In this document: one piece after another, positions 19,470 to 28,681 of the stretch
Position numbering within the stretch: the stretch's first letter is position 1
How the letters are laid out: each line of letters starts with the position of its first letter
NCBI GenBank assembly: GCA_963827685.1
Contig: CAWHBU010000002.1
Coordinates: 928,001-992,000, forward strand
Length of the DNA: 64,000 nt
Reading direction: 5' to 3'
Source: an uncultured delta proteobacterium
GTDB lineage: Bacteria; Desulfobacterota; BSN033; UBA1163
Notes under the pieces: model-generated
Database searches by the model: none
Told to the model about the DNA's origin: nothing
Seen by the model: only the letters and a program-made list of their open reading frames with translations
Program-made: the position numbers and the translations under genes

Positions 19470-20222
19470 CTAAATTCCCAGATAGGCCGATTTGACTTCA
19501 GGATTATCAAATAGCTCTTGTCTCGAACCTTCAAAGACAAGCATTCCGTTCTCTATCACATATCCCCGATCGATGATAGGCAGGAGGGTCCTGGCAAATT
19601 GTTCGGTCACAAGTACTGTAATACCCTGGACGCGAATACCCTTGATCGCCCGAGCCAGGTCCGCTTGAAGGAGAGGGCTTAATCCGAGGAGTGGTTCGTC
19701 CATGAGCAACAACCTCGGTTTGGCGACCAGTGCAATGCCAATGGCGAGCATCTGCTGCTCTCCTCCGCTCAGCAGCCCTGCTTTTCTCTTTTTCATTCCT
19801 TTTAAATGTGGAAAAAGTTGGAAAATGAAATTAATTCTTTCCTTGACCTCATGTCTCTTGTGCAGATATCCGGCGATTTTCAAATTTTCCACAACATCGC
19901 TATCACGGAAGATGGGGTGCCTCTCCCGACTGAGGACAATTCCTCTTTTCACCCTTTGAGTTGGCTTCATGTTAAGAATATCTTCCCCTTCAAACTCCAA
20001 TTCACCGAGCACACTGATTCTCTCGCCACCTCTGCGGTCCTCTTTTTTCTTCATGTCAATAATCAAGCCAGAAACTGTATTCATCAAAGTAGTTTTTCCA
20101 GCACTGTTGGACCCGAGAACCCCTACAATTTCACCCTTCCGCACCTCCAGGCTGAAGTCATTCAGGGCAAGGGCATTTTCAAAGAATACCATGAGATTTT
20201 TTACAGTGAGCATGAGTTCCAT
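19470..20222 (-). CDS. Liv-type ABC transporter ATP-binding protein (LivF-like)
   Basis: GSNSAGKTT, LSGGEQQM, DEP. Confidence 0.92.
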   Translation of the reverse strand: MELMLTVKNLMVFFENALALNDFSLEVRKGEIVGVLGSNSAGKTTLMNTVSGLIIDMKKKEDRRGGERISVLGELEFEGEDILNMKPTQRVKRGIVLSRERHPIFRDSDVVENLKIAGYLHKRHEVKERINFIFQLFPHLKGMKKRKAGLLSGGEQQMLAIGIALVAKPRLLLMDEPLLGLSPLLQADLARAIKGIRVQGITVLVTEQFARTLLPIIDRGYVIENGMLVFEGSRQELFDNPEVKSAYLGI

Positions 20223-20321
20223 TCTCTTTATTCAAATCCGCCCTTTCCCCCTTTTTCTAAAGAGGGGTCGCCGCCGTCCAAAGCCAGACTATGACGCCGG
20301 ACGGTTTGTAGGATTATTAAT

Positions 20322-21092
20322 TCAACCTATCTCTACTTCGATCCCGAGATATGCCTTCTTGACGGTTTCGGTGCTCATTACCTCTTGAGGAGATCCATCA
20401 GCGATCTTCTCGCCAAAGTTCAATACCATCACTCGGTCGACGACCCGGAAAAGCTCTTTTAATCTGTGCTCGATCATGATGATCGTCAAACCTTCTTCAT
20501 GGAATTTTTCAATGAGAGGCAGCGTGCTTGCCACCTCAGACATGGCCATTCCGGAGAAGAGCTCATCGAGGATCAAAAGGTCCGGACGAAGGGCCATCGC
20601 GCGAGCCAGATCAAGGCGTTTCAGGTATCCGTGGGGAAGGCTACCGGCTAATTTATAGGGCACAAAAGAATCTCGCTCAAATCCCATATCATCTAAGAGA
20701 TCAACGGCCACATCATCCCTTTCACCATATTTACCTCCCCTGAGTTTCTTCACCCTTGAAGAAGACAGAGGAATAACGAGATTTTTATAAGCAGGAAGAT
20801 TATAAAAGAGCCTTACCATCTGAAAGGTCCGGGAAATGCCGAGACCAGCTATAGTATAAGGTTTTTTGCCCGCAATATTTTCTCCTCGATAGATGACTCT
20901 GCCTGAATCAGGTTTGACAAACCCTGTGATCAAATTGACGAGCGTGGTCTTTCCAGATCCATTCGGTCCGATAATTCCCAAAAATTCTCCCTGACGGAGT
21001 GAAAAACTAACGTCGTGAACCGCTTGGACACCACCAAAATGTTTCCTAAGTCTTTCAACCTTTAAAATGGTTTGGTCTTCCGTTTTACCCAA
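20322..21092 (-). CDS. Liv-type ABC transporter ATP-binding protein (LivG-like)
   Basis: FGGVQAV, GPNGSGKTT, RTFQ, KAYLG. Confidence 0.92.
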   Translation of the reverse strand: MGKTEDQTILKVERLRKHFGGVQAVHDVSFSLRQGEFLGIIGPNGSGKTTLVNLITGFVKPDSGRVIYRGENIAGKKPYTIAGLGISRTFQMVRLFYNLPAYKNLVIPLSSSRVKKLRGGKYGERDDVAVDLLDDMGFERDSFVPYKLAGSLPHGYLKRLDLARAMALRPDLLILDELFSGMAMSEVASTLPLIEKFHEEGLTIIMIEHRLKELFRVVDRVMVLNFGEKIADGSPQEVMSTETVKKAYLGIEVEIG

Positions 21093-22137
21093 CTCTCACC
21101 AACCTCTCAAATTGGTGGTATTTTCTCTCGATATAATGGAAAATCCCTTCTGGCAAAGCGATTACACTTAAGATCAGAATGAAACAGTAAAGGGCTATTC
21201 TTAGCCCACCTAAGGCGCGGAGGGCTTCGGAAAGAGGCACGAGAATCATACTCCCCAGGGCTGGGCCAGCAAAAGTGCCGGGCCCTCCCAGTGCTGAAGC
21301 AGCGAGTGGTAAAATTGAATAATCCAGAGCAAAGACACTCATGCCCACAAACTGATACTGATGGGTCATAAAGGCACCGGCAAATGCACCCACTGCGCCA
21401 GCGACAAATAGTGCCTGAGCCTTTCGCCAGTATATATTAATCGCAGCACTCATCACAGCACGATCATCATCTCGAATGGCTTTCAACACCAAGCCATAAT
21501 CCTCGTTAATGGCTCTTCGAAAAACAAAAAGGCAGACTAAGAAAGCCCCCACGGCGAGGTATATGGCAACCCATTCATTGGGGAAAGGAGCGAGAGAGGA
21601 AAGTCCATGGCTCCCCCCAACGAGCCCAGTCGTCTCAATCATCTTCATAAAGAGTAAAGGCATCATGAGAGTGACCATTGCAAAGTAAACACCTCTCAAT
21701 CTCAAGACTGGCGAGAGTAAACCAACGCTCAGGAGACCTCCACCTAAAACAGCAATAGGGATGGTAAAGATCGGTGACCAATGAAAGTAGTAACTGAGCG
21801 TACCCGCTACATAAGCGCCGATGCCGAAAAACAATGATTGCCCAAGGGAAAATAATCCACAGGAGGCTAAGAAATCCCAGCTTAAAGCAAGGAGACCAAT
21901 CATACAGGAGTAAATGATAACTTTGTTCCAGTACCCTTTGAACAATAATGGTAGAACGAGCAATAGGATGACGGGCAAGGCCCTGGGCAGAAGCAAATAG
22001 AGGATCTCTCTATAAGAAGCAATGGCGAAAATAGTATCCGCCCTTGCTTTGATCCCTCGGTCTAACCTTTTTTTACGATACCTGGCTTCGACTTCAGCCA
22101 CTTCAAATCCTTTCTTCGAGCTCCTTAAACTTACCAA
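21085..22137 (-). CDS. Liv-type ABC transporter permease (LivM-like)
   Basis: SLGQSLFFGIGAY, RLRGVYFAMVT, multiple TM. Confidence 0.92.
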   Translation of the reverse strand: MVSLRSSKKGFEVAEVEARYRKKRLDRGIKARADTIFAIASYREILYLLLPRALPVILLLVLPLLFKGYWNKVIIYSCMIGLLALSWDFLASCGLFSLGQSLFFGIGAYVAGTLSYYFHWSPIFTIPIAVLGGGLLSVGLLSPVLRLRGVYFAMVTLMMPLLFMKMIETTGLVGGSHGLSSLAPFPNEWVAIYLAVGAFLVCLFVFRRAINEDYGLVLKAIRDDDRAVMSAAINIYWRKAQALFVAGAVGAFAGAFMTHQYQFVGMSVFALDYSILPLAASALGGPGTFAGPALGSMILVPLSEALRALGGLRIALYCFILILSVIALPEGIFHYIERKYHQFERLVRVG

Positions 22138-22978
22138 AAAGACCTGAAGGTCTAATGACTAAGACGAAGATGATCGCAACAAGAGGTACAATGATCATCC
22201 ATTTTGCACTGAGGAACTTTGCCGTAGCCACCTGACCAAACCCGAGGATGAAGCTTGCCACAATGACTCCTGAGGTGCTCTCTAATCCGCCTACGATAGC
22301 TACGGCCAAGGCATAGATCAGGACTTCATAACCGATAGCTGACTCCATGAGTCCCATTGGTAAAATGACAATGGCAGCTACCCCTGCTAAAGCTGAACCA
22401 AAGGCTAAGCTCAGAGAACCTATCCAATCGGACTCGATGCCCACTGAAAGAGCGGTACGTTCGTTCTGGGCCATTCCTCTGAAAGCCAATCCAATCTTGG
22501 TATGATGAACAAAGAGCCATAGAAGGACAACCAAGACTACTCCAGTTCCGATCACAAACAGACGTTGATAATCTACTGCTACACCTTTTATTTCCACACC
22601 CCCTTCCAAAAAGAGAGGTAGGCTATATTGAATGCCGTAAAAACCCTTCCACATCAAGAGCTCTAAAATGGCTACTCCCGCTGCAAAAGTGACAACGAGC
22701 TCAGCAAGCGGTATCCCTCTCACACGGAGCAGTAGTCCCCAATAGATGCCAAAACCAATAAGCCCTGAAATGATTATAGAGAGGAGGGCTGACAAGAAGT
22801 AAGGCAGTTCTACCTGGTTTAGAAAAGACCAAGCAATAAAACCACTAAGGATGTAGAGGGCTCCATGAGCAAAATTGGCAAGTCCACTGATGCCGTAGGT
22901 TAGGCTAAATCCGGCAGCGTAAAGAGCAAGAACAACACTACTAATCGTTCCATAGATCAGGAGCGACATTTCTCTCAA
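22103..22978 (-). CDS. Liv-type ABC transporter permease (LivH-like)
   Basis: NFAHG, TKIGLAFRG, IVGG, RPSGLFG. Confidence 0.92.
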   Translation of the reverse strand: MREMSLLIYGTISSVVLALYAAGFSLTYGISGLANFAHGALYILSGFIAWSFLNQVELPYFLSALLSIIISGLIGFGIYWGLLLRVRGIPLAELVVTFAAGVAILELLMWKGFYGIQYSLPLFLEGGVEIKGVAVDYQRLFVIGTGVVLVVLLWLFVHHTKIGLAFRGMAQNERTALSVGIESDWIGSLSLAFGSALAGVAAIVILPMGLMESAIGYEVLIYALAVAIVGGLESTSGVIVASFILGFGQVATAKFLSAKWMIIVPLVAIIFVLVIRPSGLFGKFKELEERI

Positions 22979-23066
22979 CCTTTCTTAATTTTCTAACGAG
23001 AGGTGCCTTTTTTAAAGAGGGGGTGGCCAATTTCATTTTGGATTTGTTCACCCCCTCTTCAATGCT

Positions 23067-24350
23067 TTACTTCTTCATCCAGGGAGGAAGCGCTACTTTT
23101 CCTTCAGCTAAGAAGGCGGGGTAAATCGGTACCCTTTTCCCTTTTTGCCACTGGAAGACGACACATACCCCTGTCTCTTCAGGGTTTGAACCAAAAACGA
23201 TAATATGGTCCTTGTTGAATCTCAGCCTTCCCGACACTCCCCTGTAATCAGTCTGCTCGAGGGCCGTAACGAGCTTATCCGGATCGAGACTCCCTGCACG
23301 TTCAATGGCTGCCGCGAGAATATAGACCGAATCATAGGCGGATGAGTTGACAGCGGCTGCCTCAGGGGCCTTCCCATATTTCTTTTGGAATTTATCGAGA
23401 AACTCCACTGTCTTAGGTAACTTTTTTAACGGAACCGAAGCCCCGACTGGGAACTCCACCTGGATGCTATATTCAATATCCTTTCCGAGAGTCTTCCACG
23501 CATCTGCTGCGGCCATGGGGGGAACAAAGCCTACGACAAGGGAAGGCACTTTCATCGCAGCCCATTGTTTGCTAAATATCCCTGCGCCAAGTGGCACATC
23601 CCATACCATCGCAATGACTTGAGCCTTTCCCTCTTTGGCTTTTGTAAGTCCAGGTGAAAAATCGGTAGCACCGGCTGCATAGGGCTCATACCCCACCTCT
23701 TGCCAGCCCGTTTTTTCACAGTATTTTCTCAGCACTCCGATAAAGCCTAGTGCCCATAAGGTATCCTGAGGAATAAAGTAGACTTTGTTGAGGCCGAAGT
23801 CCGCTTTGAGGGCATCCAACGCTCCCGAAATATACCCCGCATCAATAGCAGCATCCGTGGTAACTCGAAACAGGTACTTATACTTCTCTGGGTCCGTCCT
23901 GAATTTAACCTGAAACTGAGGGGTTTGGGCAATGGTTTGAAGCTGGGGCACTTTGTATTTGGCCACCAGATCCATACTCGCAATGATGGCCTCAGAGCGG
24001 AAAGGAGCGATCACAACTGCATGAGGCTTTTGCTCCAAAAGCATTTTTTCATAAGCCATGAGGGAATCATGAATTGGAGTTGTAGGTTCGCCATCTCTGG
24101 TATCTGTAACGACCACTTTAATCGGTCGTTTCTCATTCCCTACCAAAACCCCTCCTTTCGCATTGATTTCCTCAACGGCCATGTTTACAGCCTTCAAGCC
24201 ATCCCTTCCAAAAGGCGTATAGATTGAGGTTGGCACTCCGACGATAATAGGTTCTGCTGCACTTGCAGAAACGGTGGATATTCTAAAAATGACTGAAAAA
24301 CTTACTCCGACAACCGTAGCTAGAAGAATTAATAATATCTTATTTTTCAT
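23067..24350 (-). CDS. Liv-type ABC transporter substrate-binding protein
   Basis: Signal peptide after RBS GAGGAGG; AVEEINAKGG, AYDSVY..A.AIERAGS. Confidence 0.92.
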   Translation of the reverse strand: MKNKILLILLATVVGVSFSVIFRISTVSASAAEPIIVGVPTSIYTPFGRDGLKAVNMAVEEINAKGGVLVGNEKRPIKVVVTDTRDGEPTTPIHDSLMAYEKMLLEQKPHAVVIAPFRSEAIIASMDLVAKYKVPQLQTIAQTPQFQVKFRTDPEKYKYLFRVTTDAAIDAGYISGALDALKADFGLNKVYFIPQDTLWALGFIGVLRKYCEKTGWQEVGYEPYAAGATDFSPGLTKAKEGKAQVIAMVWDVPLGAGIFSKQWAAMKVPSLVVGFVPPMAAADAWKTLGKDIEYSIQVEFPVGASVPLKKLPKTVEFLDKFQKKYGKAPEAAAVNSSAYDSVYILAAAIERAGSLDPDKLVTALEQTDYRGVSGRLRFNKDHIIVFGSNPEETGVCVVFQWQKGKRVPIYPAFLAEGKVALPPWMKK

Positions 24351-24446
24351 TAGCCCACCTCCTCTGAAAAATTTTGAACACGAACTTTTCTTCCAACTCT
24401 TTTCACCCACTCACCCACCTCCTTTCTGAAAAATTTAGTGGAGCGA

Positions 24447-24480
24447 GTTTTAGCAGTTTGGGTAATCATTGTCAATGTTT
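24447..24480 (-). promoter_or_regulatory. Promoter of the ABC/beta-oxidation operon with overlapping operator-like palindrome
   Basis: TTGACA-17-TAAAAC (TGn extended); AATCATTG-T-CAATGTTT palindrome (24464-24480) overlaps the -35. Confidence 0.6.
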
Positions 24481-25007
24481 CTACCTGGGATAACGGCCCG
24501 GACTTCCCTGAAGGTCTCCTGCAAGATTCCTCGCCGACACGGGTTGAAGAAATGGATGACAGGGATCTCCCCGAGCTTCTTGGTTATGAAGAAAGAAGGT
24601 CCCCACGCTGTTAATGGTGAAGGATACTTTATCAATAGAAGACCTGCCTTGTCAAGATTTGGATTGATTTAGGAACTGCCATCAAAATGGCTACTGAAAA
24701 TGGAAGGAAGCTGTTCCCAGAACTGATCGGGAGAATTGTTCAAGATCAACCTGCCAATCTTGTACTCTTTCGATTTAAGGAAGAGATAACGTTTGAAAGG
24801 ATTTTTTTGATGGGCAAAGAGATCCAGCGCCCCGCCCCGGAAACTAAACAATGTGAAATAACCAAATTCCAAGCACCAATAATCAAATAATGACCGAAAT
24901 TTCACTAAAATTCAAAAATAAGACTGATTAAAATGTGTTTTGGTCATTTGGACATCTGGTAATCGGATTTTATCGGGGTTTTGGGATTTGGTTATTGGAA
25001 TTTCTGA

Positions 25008-25862
25008 TTAATATACAATTCCTGCATAACCGACAAAGCTGTTGTCCGGGAGAATATCATAACTGGTGTAGTAATCGAGGAGTACCCCCTTTTCACCCCC
25101 CAAAGCTTTGCAGGTAGCCATGGCAGAGAGGGCTGCCCCGGCACTGCAGGCGCTATCATTTTCCAAGGCATGTTTCAGGAGGCCTTCTGCATCCATCCTT
25201 AATGCCCGATCAATAAACCCCTTGTCATTTTCCTTCTTCACCCACTCCACAGAAGCCGGACCAACCCCTTTACTCAAAAACCCATAATTAGGCCCATAGT
25301 GAGTTAAATCAGTGGATCCAACCGCAAGGATGGAAATTCCTTCCTTTTTTGCAATCTCAGCCACTTCTCTCCCCAGTATTTCGGCTTTAAGAGAAAGAGG
25401 TGATCGGAGGGCAACAAGTTTTGTTTCCGGAAAAAAATATTTCACCATGGCCAGCTGAATTTCAATGGTATTATCCCCGCTGGTTGGAGCCTCCTTTTTC
25501 ATCTCAAGGCTTTTCATCAGGTTTTTTACAAAGCCTATATGAGTTTCGATATCGCCGATTGGGGTCTCACAGGCCTCTTCTGTCACAATCCGGGGAAGAT
25601 CTTCAGCAGAAAGATGGCCTCCATAGAGGACAACCACCTCAGCCTTGCTGTTCAATTTCAGGGTATAGAAGACTCTTGCAGCAAGCCTTCCGGAAAAGTA
25701 CCAACCCGCATGAGGGACAATTCCCCCTAACCCTTTACTTGAAGGGAGCTGAGGGGGCGTCCACCCCTCTAAATAGGATTCGATCTCTTTCTTACAATCC
25801 TTTCCATCAAAAGGATACCAGCCCCTCGGCAGGATTCTTTTTCTTCGGTTCATAGCTATCAC
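25008..25862 (-). CDS. amrB: AmmeMemoRadiSam system protein B (Memo-like)
   Basis: PHAGWYFSG, STDLTHYGPNYG, VGYAGIVY. Confidence 0.9.
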   Translation of the reverse strand: MIAMNRRKRILPRGWYPFDGKDCKKEIESYLEGWTPPQLPSSKGLGGIVPHAGWYFSGRLAARVFYTLKLNSKAEVVVLYGGHLSAEDLPRIVTEEACETPIGDIETHIGFVKNLMKSLEMKKEAPTSGDNTIEIQLAMVKYFFPETKLVALRSPLSLKAEILGREVAEIAKKEGISILAVGSTDLTHYGPNYGFLSKGVGPASVEWVKKENDKGFIDRALRMDAEGLLKHALENDSACSAGAALSAMATCKALGGEKGVLLDYYTSYDILPDNSFVGYAGIVY

Positions 25863-25872
25863 CTCATAATTT

Positions 25873-25951
25873 GAGTAATGAGTTCGGAGTTCAGAGTTCG
25901 GAGTTTCAAAATAAAAAGACTCCGAACACCGAACTAAATTACTCCGAACTA
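25873..25951. repeat. Heptamer GAGTTCG inverted repeat element
   Basis: gagttcggagttcagagttcggagtt ... actccgaacaccgaact..actccgaact. Confidence 0.7.
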
Positions 25952-27910
25952 TTATATTCTTTCCAGCGCGGGCATGCCCATCAGGTTGAGCATATTCCCC
26001 AATACTTTTTGAAATGCCGCGACCAAGGAGAGACGGAAGGTTTGAATTCCCTGATCCCGAAGATGAATAAATGGAGTCTGGACATCGGCCCCCGGATCAG
26101 GATGTTCGTAAAAATTAGTAAAAGATGTCGCCAGATCAAAGGCATATTCTGTCAATTGAGAAACCCTTAATGTTTTTCCAGTTTTGGCGACAACCGAAGA
26201 AAACCTCGATAGCCCATCCAGGAGGTCTCTTTCCGTCTCAGTCAATCGTTTGGGAATACAATCCCCTCTCCATTGAAGATCGATCTTCCGTTCCCTGGCT
26301 TTTCTCAGGATACTACATGACCGGGCATGGGCATATTCTAAATAGACTCCTGTATCTCCTGTCGTCTTCAGGGCCTCATCAAAATCGAAGACAATCTGAC
26401 TCTCTAATGTGAATTTCAGCAAATAGTACCGGATGGCCGCCGAGGCTAAAGCAGAAGCAACCCTTTCTTCCAAAGGATGATCTGCCTTCTCGATCACCTT
26501 CTGCTTCACCATCTGGATAAAATCCTTTGCCTTCACCCCTGTCCCGGAGCGGCCTGACATGGCGTAGGTCTTTTTCTCCTCTGTCTCCTCCATTCCCAAA
26601 AGTCGGGCAGCCTGTAGAGAAAGGTTGACCACCTCATAGGCCAGATGGACGGATTGGTTCGCCTCTTTCACGAAACCCATCTGTCGAAGGCACTCAACGA
26701 CAACTTGTTGAGGATAGCTCTGTCTGGTATCAATCACATTGATGACCATTTCCGCATAGGCAAATTTTTTTGAAGCTCGATCCCCTGGCTCACCATCTCC
26801 AGCGGTCGTCCAGAGGATTTCTCCATTGGCTTGGGGTCCCCAGCGTTTATATAAAAAATCTTTCCTGAGAAGACCAAACTTCCAGAGTTGATACGCAACA
26901 TCCTTCCCTGTGTAGGTCACGCTCCCATTTGACCGAACCAGTATCTTATCCAGACTCTTCATTCCTTCGGCGGTCTCGACAATGCCGCCGAAAGGAACCA
27001 CCCAACACCCCTCATTCGGACCCTCTGTTTCAAATCGAAGAGACCCTTTCCCTTTCAGGATCTCGAACGTAGCCTCCCAGAACCCCCGGGCAATGATATC
27101 TGACTCCCAGTTGAGAAGATCGTAGAAGATAGAGAGCTGAGTTACGGTGTCCAGATGAGACCGAACAATCTTTGTTGCCAATTCTTTAGCAAACCCAGCA
27201 ATGGGATCGATTCCTCCCTCGATCTTATGGAGAACCTCCTCCCTTTTCTCAAGGAGGGCTGGGTTCTTCTCAAGCTCGCCCTGGAAGCGGGCATAAAGAT
27301 CCCAGCAGAAATAATCAAAAGGTTGATCTGCCGAAACTTTTTTCCAGATTAATTTGAAATCAGACCCTTCAGTATAGGAAGGGCGATCCAGATAAAGAAG
27401 GGCCGTTACCACATCCACCACCTGGAGACCCGTATCATCGATGTAATTACAAACCTCTGTTGAAAAACCAAGCCATTCAAGAACCCTGGCTACCGTGTCT
27501 CCTAAAACCGAATTCCTGAGGTGACCAATATGCATCGCCTTGTTAGGGTTCACACTCGTGTGCTCAATAAAGACCTTTTGCCTCAGTGGCGAAGCAGGCT
27601 TTCCGAAAAGCTCACCTTCCTGAAGGATTCGGGGAATGAGGTCTTCAGCCAATGCCGGCCAATCCACCTTGAAATTGAGGTACCCGGGAGGAGAAACACC
27701 TATCTCTTGAATATAAGGCGGAGGTTTAGATTTCAACCGCTCCGCCATTTCCTGAGCTATTTTCATGGGAGATTCCCTTCTCTGCTTGGCCATGGACAAA
27801 CAGACGGCACTGGACAAATCCCCCAACTCCCGCTGAGGGGGCACATTGAAAGGCATCTCTTCAATATTCAAAAGTTCCCTTAATGCTCTGGCAACCCCTT
27901 CTCTGATCAT
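25952..27910 (-). CDS. argS: Arginine-tRNA ligase
   Basis: EHTSVNPNKAMHIGHLRN (HIGH), MSGR, YLEYAHARSCSILRKA. Confidence 0.96.
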   Translation of the reverse strand: MIREGVARALRELLNIEEMPFNVPPQRELGDLSSAVCLSMAKQRRESPMKIAQEMAERLKSKPPPYIQEIGVSPPGYLNFKVDWPALAEDLIPRILQEGELFGKPASPLRQKVFIEHTSVNPNKAMHIGHLRNSVLGDTVARVLEWLGFSTEVCNYIDDTGLQVVDVVTALLYLDRPSYTEGSDFKLIWKKVSADQPFDYFCWDLYARFQGELEKNPALLEKREEVLHKIEGGIDPIAGFAKELATKIVRSHLDTVTQLSIFYDLLNWESDIIARGFWEATFEILKGKGSLRFETEGPNEGCWVVPFGGIVETAEGMKSLDKILVRSNGSVTYTGKDVAYQLWKFGLLRKDFLYKRWGPQANGEILWTTAGDGEPGDRASKKFAYAEMVINVIDTRQSYPQQVVVECLRQMGFVKEANQSVHLAYEVVNLSLQAARLLGMEETEEKKTYAMSGRSGTGVKAKDFIQMVKQKVIEKADHPLEERVASALASAAIRYYLLKFTLESQIVFDFDEALKTTGDTGVYLEYAHARSCSILRKARERKIDLQWRGDCIPKRLTETERDLLDGLSRFSSVVAKTGKTLRVSQLTEYAFDLATSFTNFYEHPDPGADVQTPFIHLRDQGIQTFRLSLVAAFQKVLGNMLNLMGMPALERI

Positions 27911-27967
27911 TTTCTTCCTGCTGATATCTATGAGTTACGACTTAGATAAATAGAAGTATTTTAGTCT

Positions 27968-27995
27968 CGATAGACGGGGTTTTCCAACCCCGTCT
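27968..27995 (+). repeat. REP palindrome flanking RAYT
   Basis: CGAT-AGACGGGGTT-TTCC-AACCCCGTCT. Confidence 0.8.
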
Positions 27996-28004
27996 TGGTG
28001 GGAT

Positions 28005-28478
28005 TTATTCCGCCATCCTAAAATATTTATCAAAATCAGTTTTTTCCCCATATCCCATGGAACTATAATGATAGCTTTCCGGACATGTCACCATACCCTT
28101 TCTCACCGGATTATCTTCTATGTATTTCATTCTACCCAATACCTTCTCTTCACTATCAAGTATGTAATCATAAAAACCATCTTGCCAAATTGAACCCTTC
28201 CTATCCAATAAAGAATTTATCCGTCTTGCTGAAAATCCCTTAATCGATTTCATACATTCCGAAATATTCTTATCCCTCGGAATTAAAATTAAATGCATAT
28301 GGTCAGGCATTATAACAAAGGACAAAAGATAATACCATCGCTGTTTTCTTCCAAACAAGATAGCTTCCAGCAGAATATCAGCTGTCTTAGATTCTTTAAA
28401 TATTGGCTCTCTATGAAGCGTAACGGTTGTAACTGTATAAGGGTAATCTTTGATATATAGGTGTTTTAATTTTGGCAT
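28005..28478 (-). CDS. REP-associated tyrosine transposase (RAYT, Y1 HUH)
   Basis: MPDHMH (HUH), WQDGFYD, YIEDNPV catalytic Tyr motif. Confidence 0.92.
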   Translation of the reverse strand: MPKLKHLYIKDYPYTVTTVTLHREPIFKESKTADILLEAILFGRKQRWYYLLSFVIMPDHMHLILIPRDKNISECMKSIKGFSARRINSLLDRKGSIWQDGFYDYILDSEEKVLGRMKYIEDNPVRKGMVTCPESYHYSSMGYGEKTDFDKYFRMAE

Positions 28479-28494
28479 ATTTTCTATTTTTGAT

Positions 28495-28520
28495 GCAGGG
28501 TTAGAAAACCCTGCCTATCG
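28495..28520 (-). repeat. REP palindrome flanking RAYT (inverted relative to 27968)
   Basis: Reverse complement CGATAG-GCAGGGTT-TTCT-AACCCTGC. Confidence 0.8.
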
Positions 28521-28681
28521 GTAAAAGTTTTACATAAACCCATGATGGAGCATTTTGTTCGATTATTATTATGAAAAGAGGAAAAGTCAAGACAATCGAA
28601 AATTGACAGCGAAAAGAATTCGGGAATATAATTGGCTCACGGAAAGCACGCTAAAAAAATACGCTGTGAGGATTGAACTGA

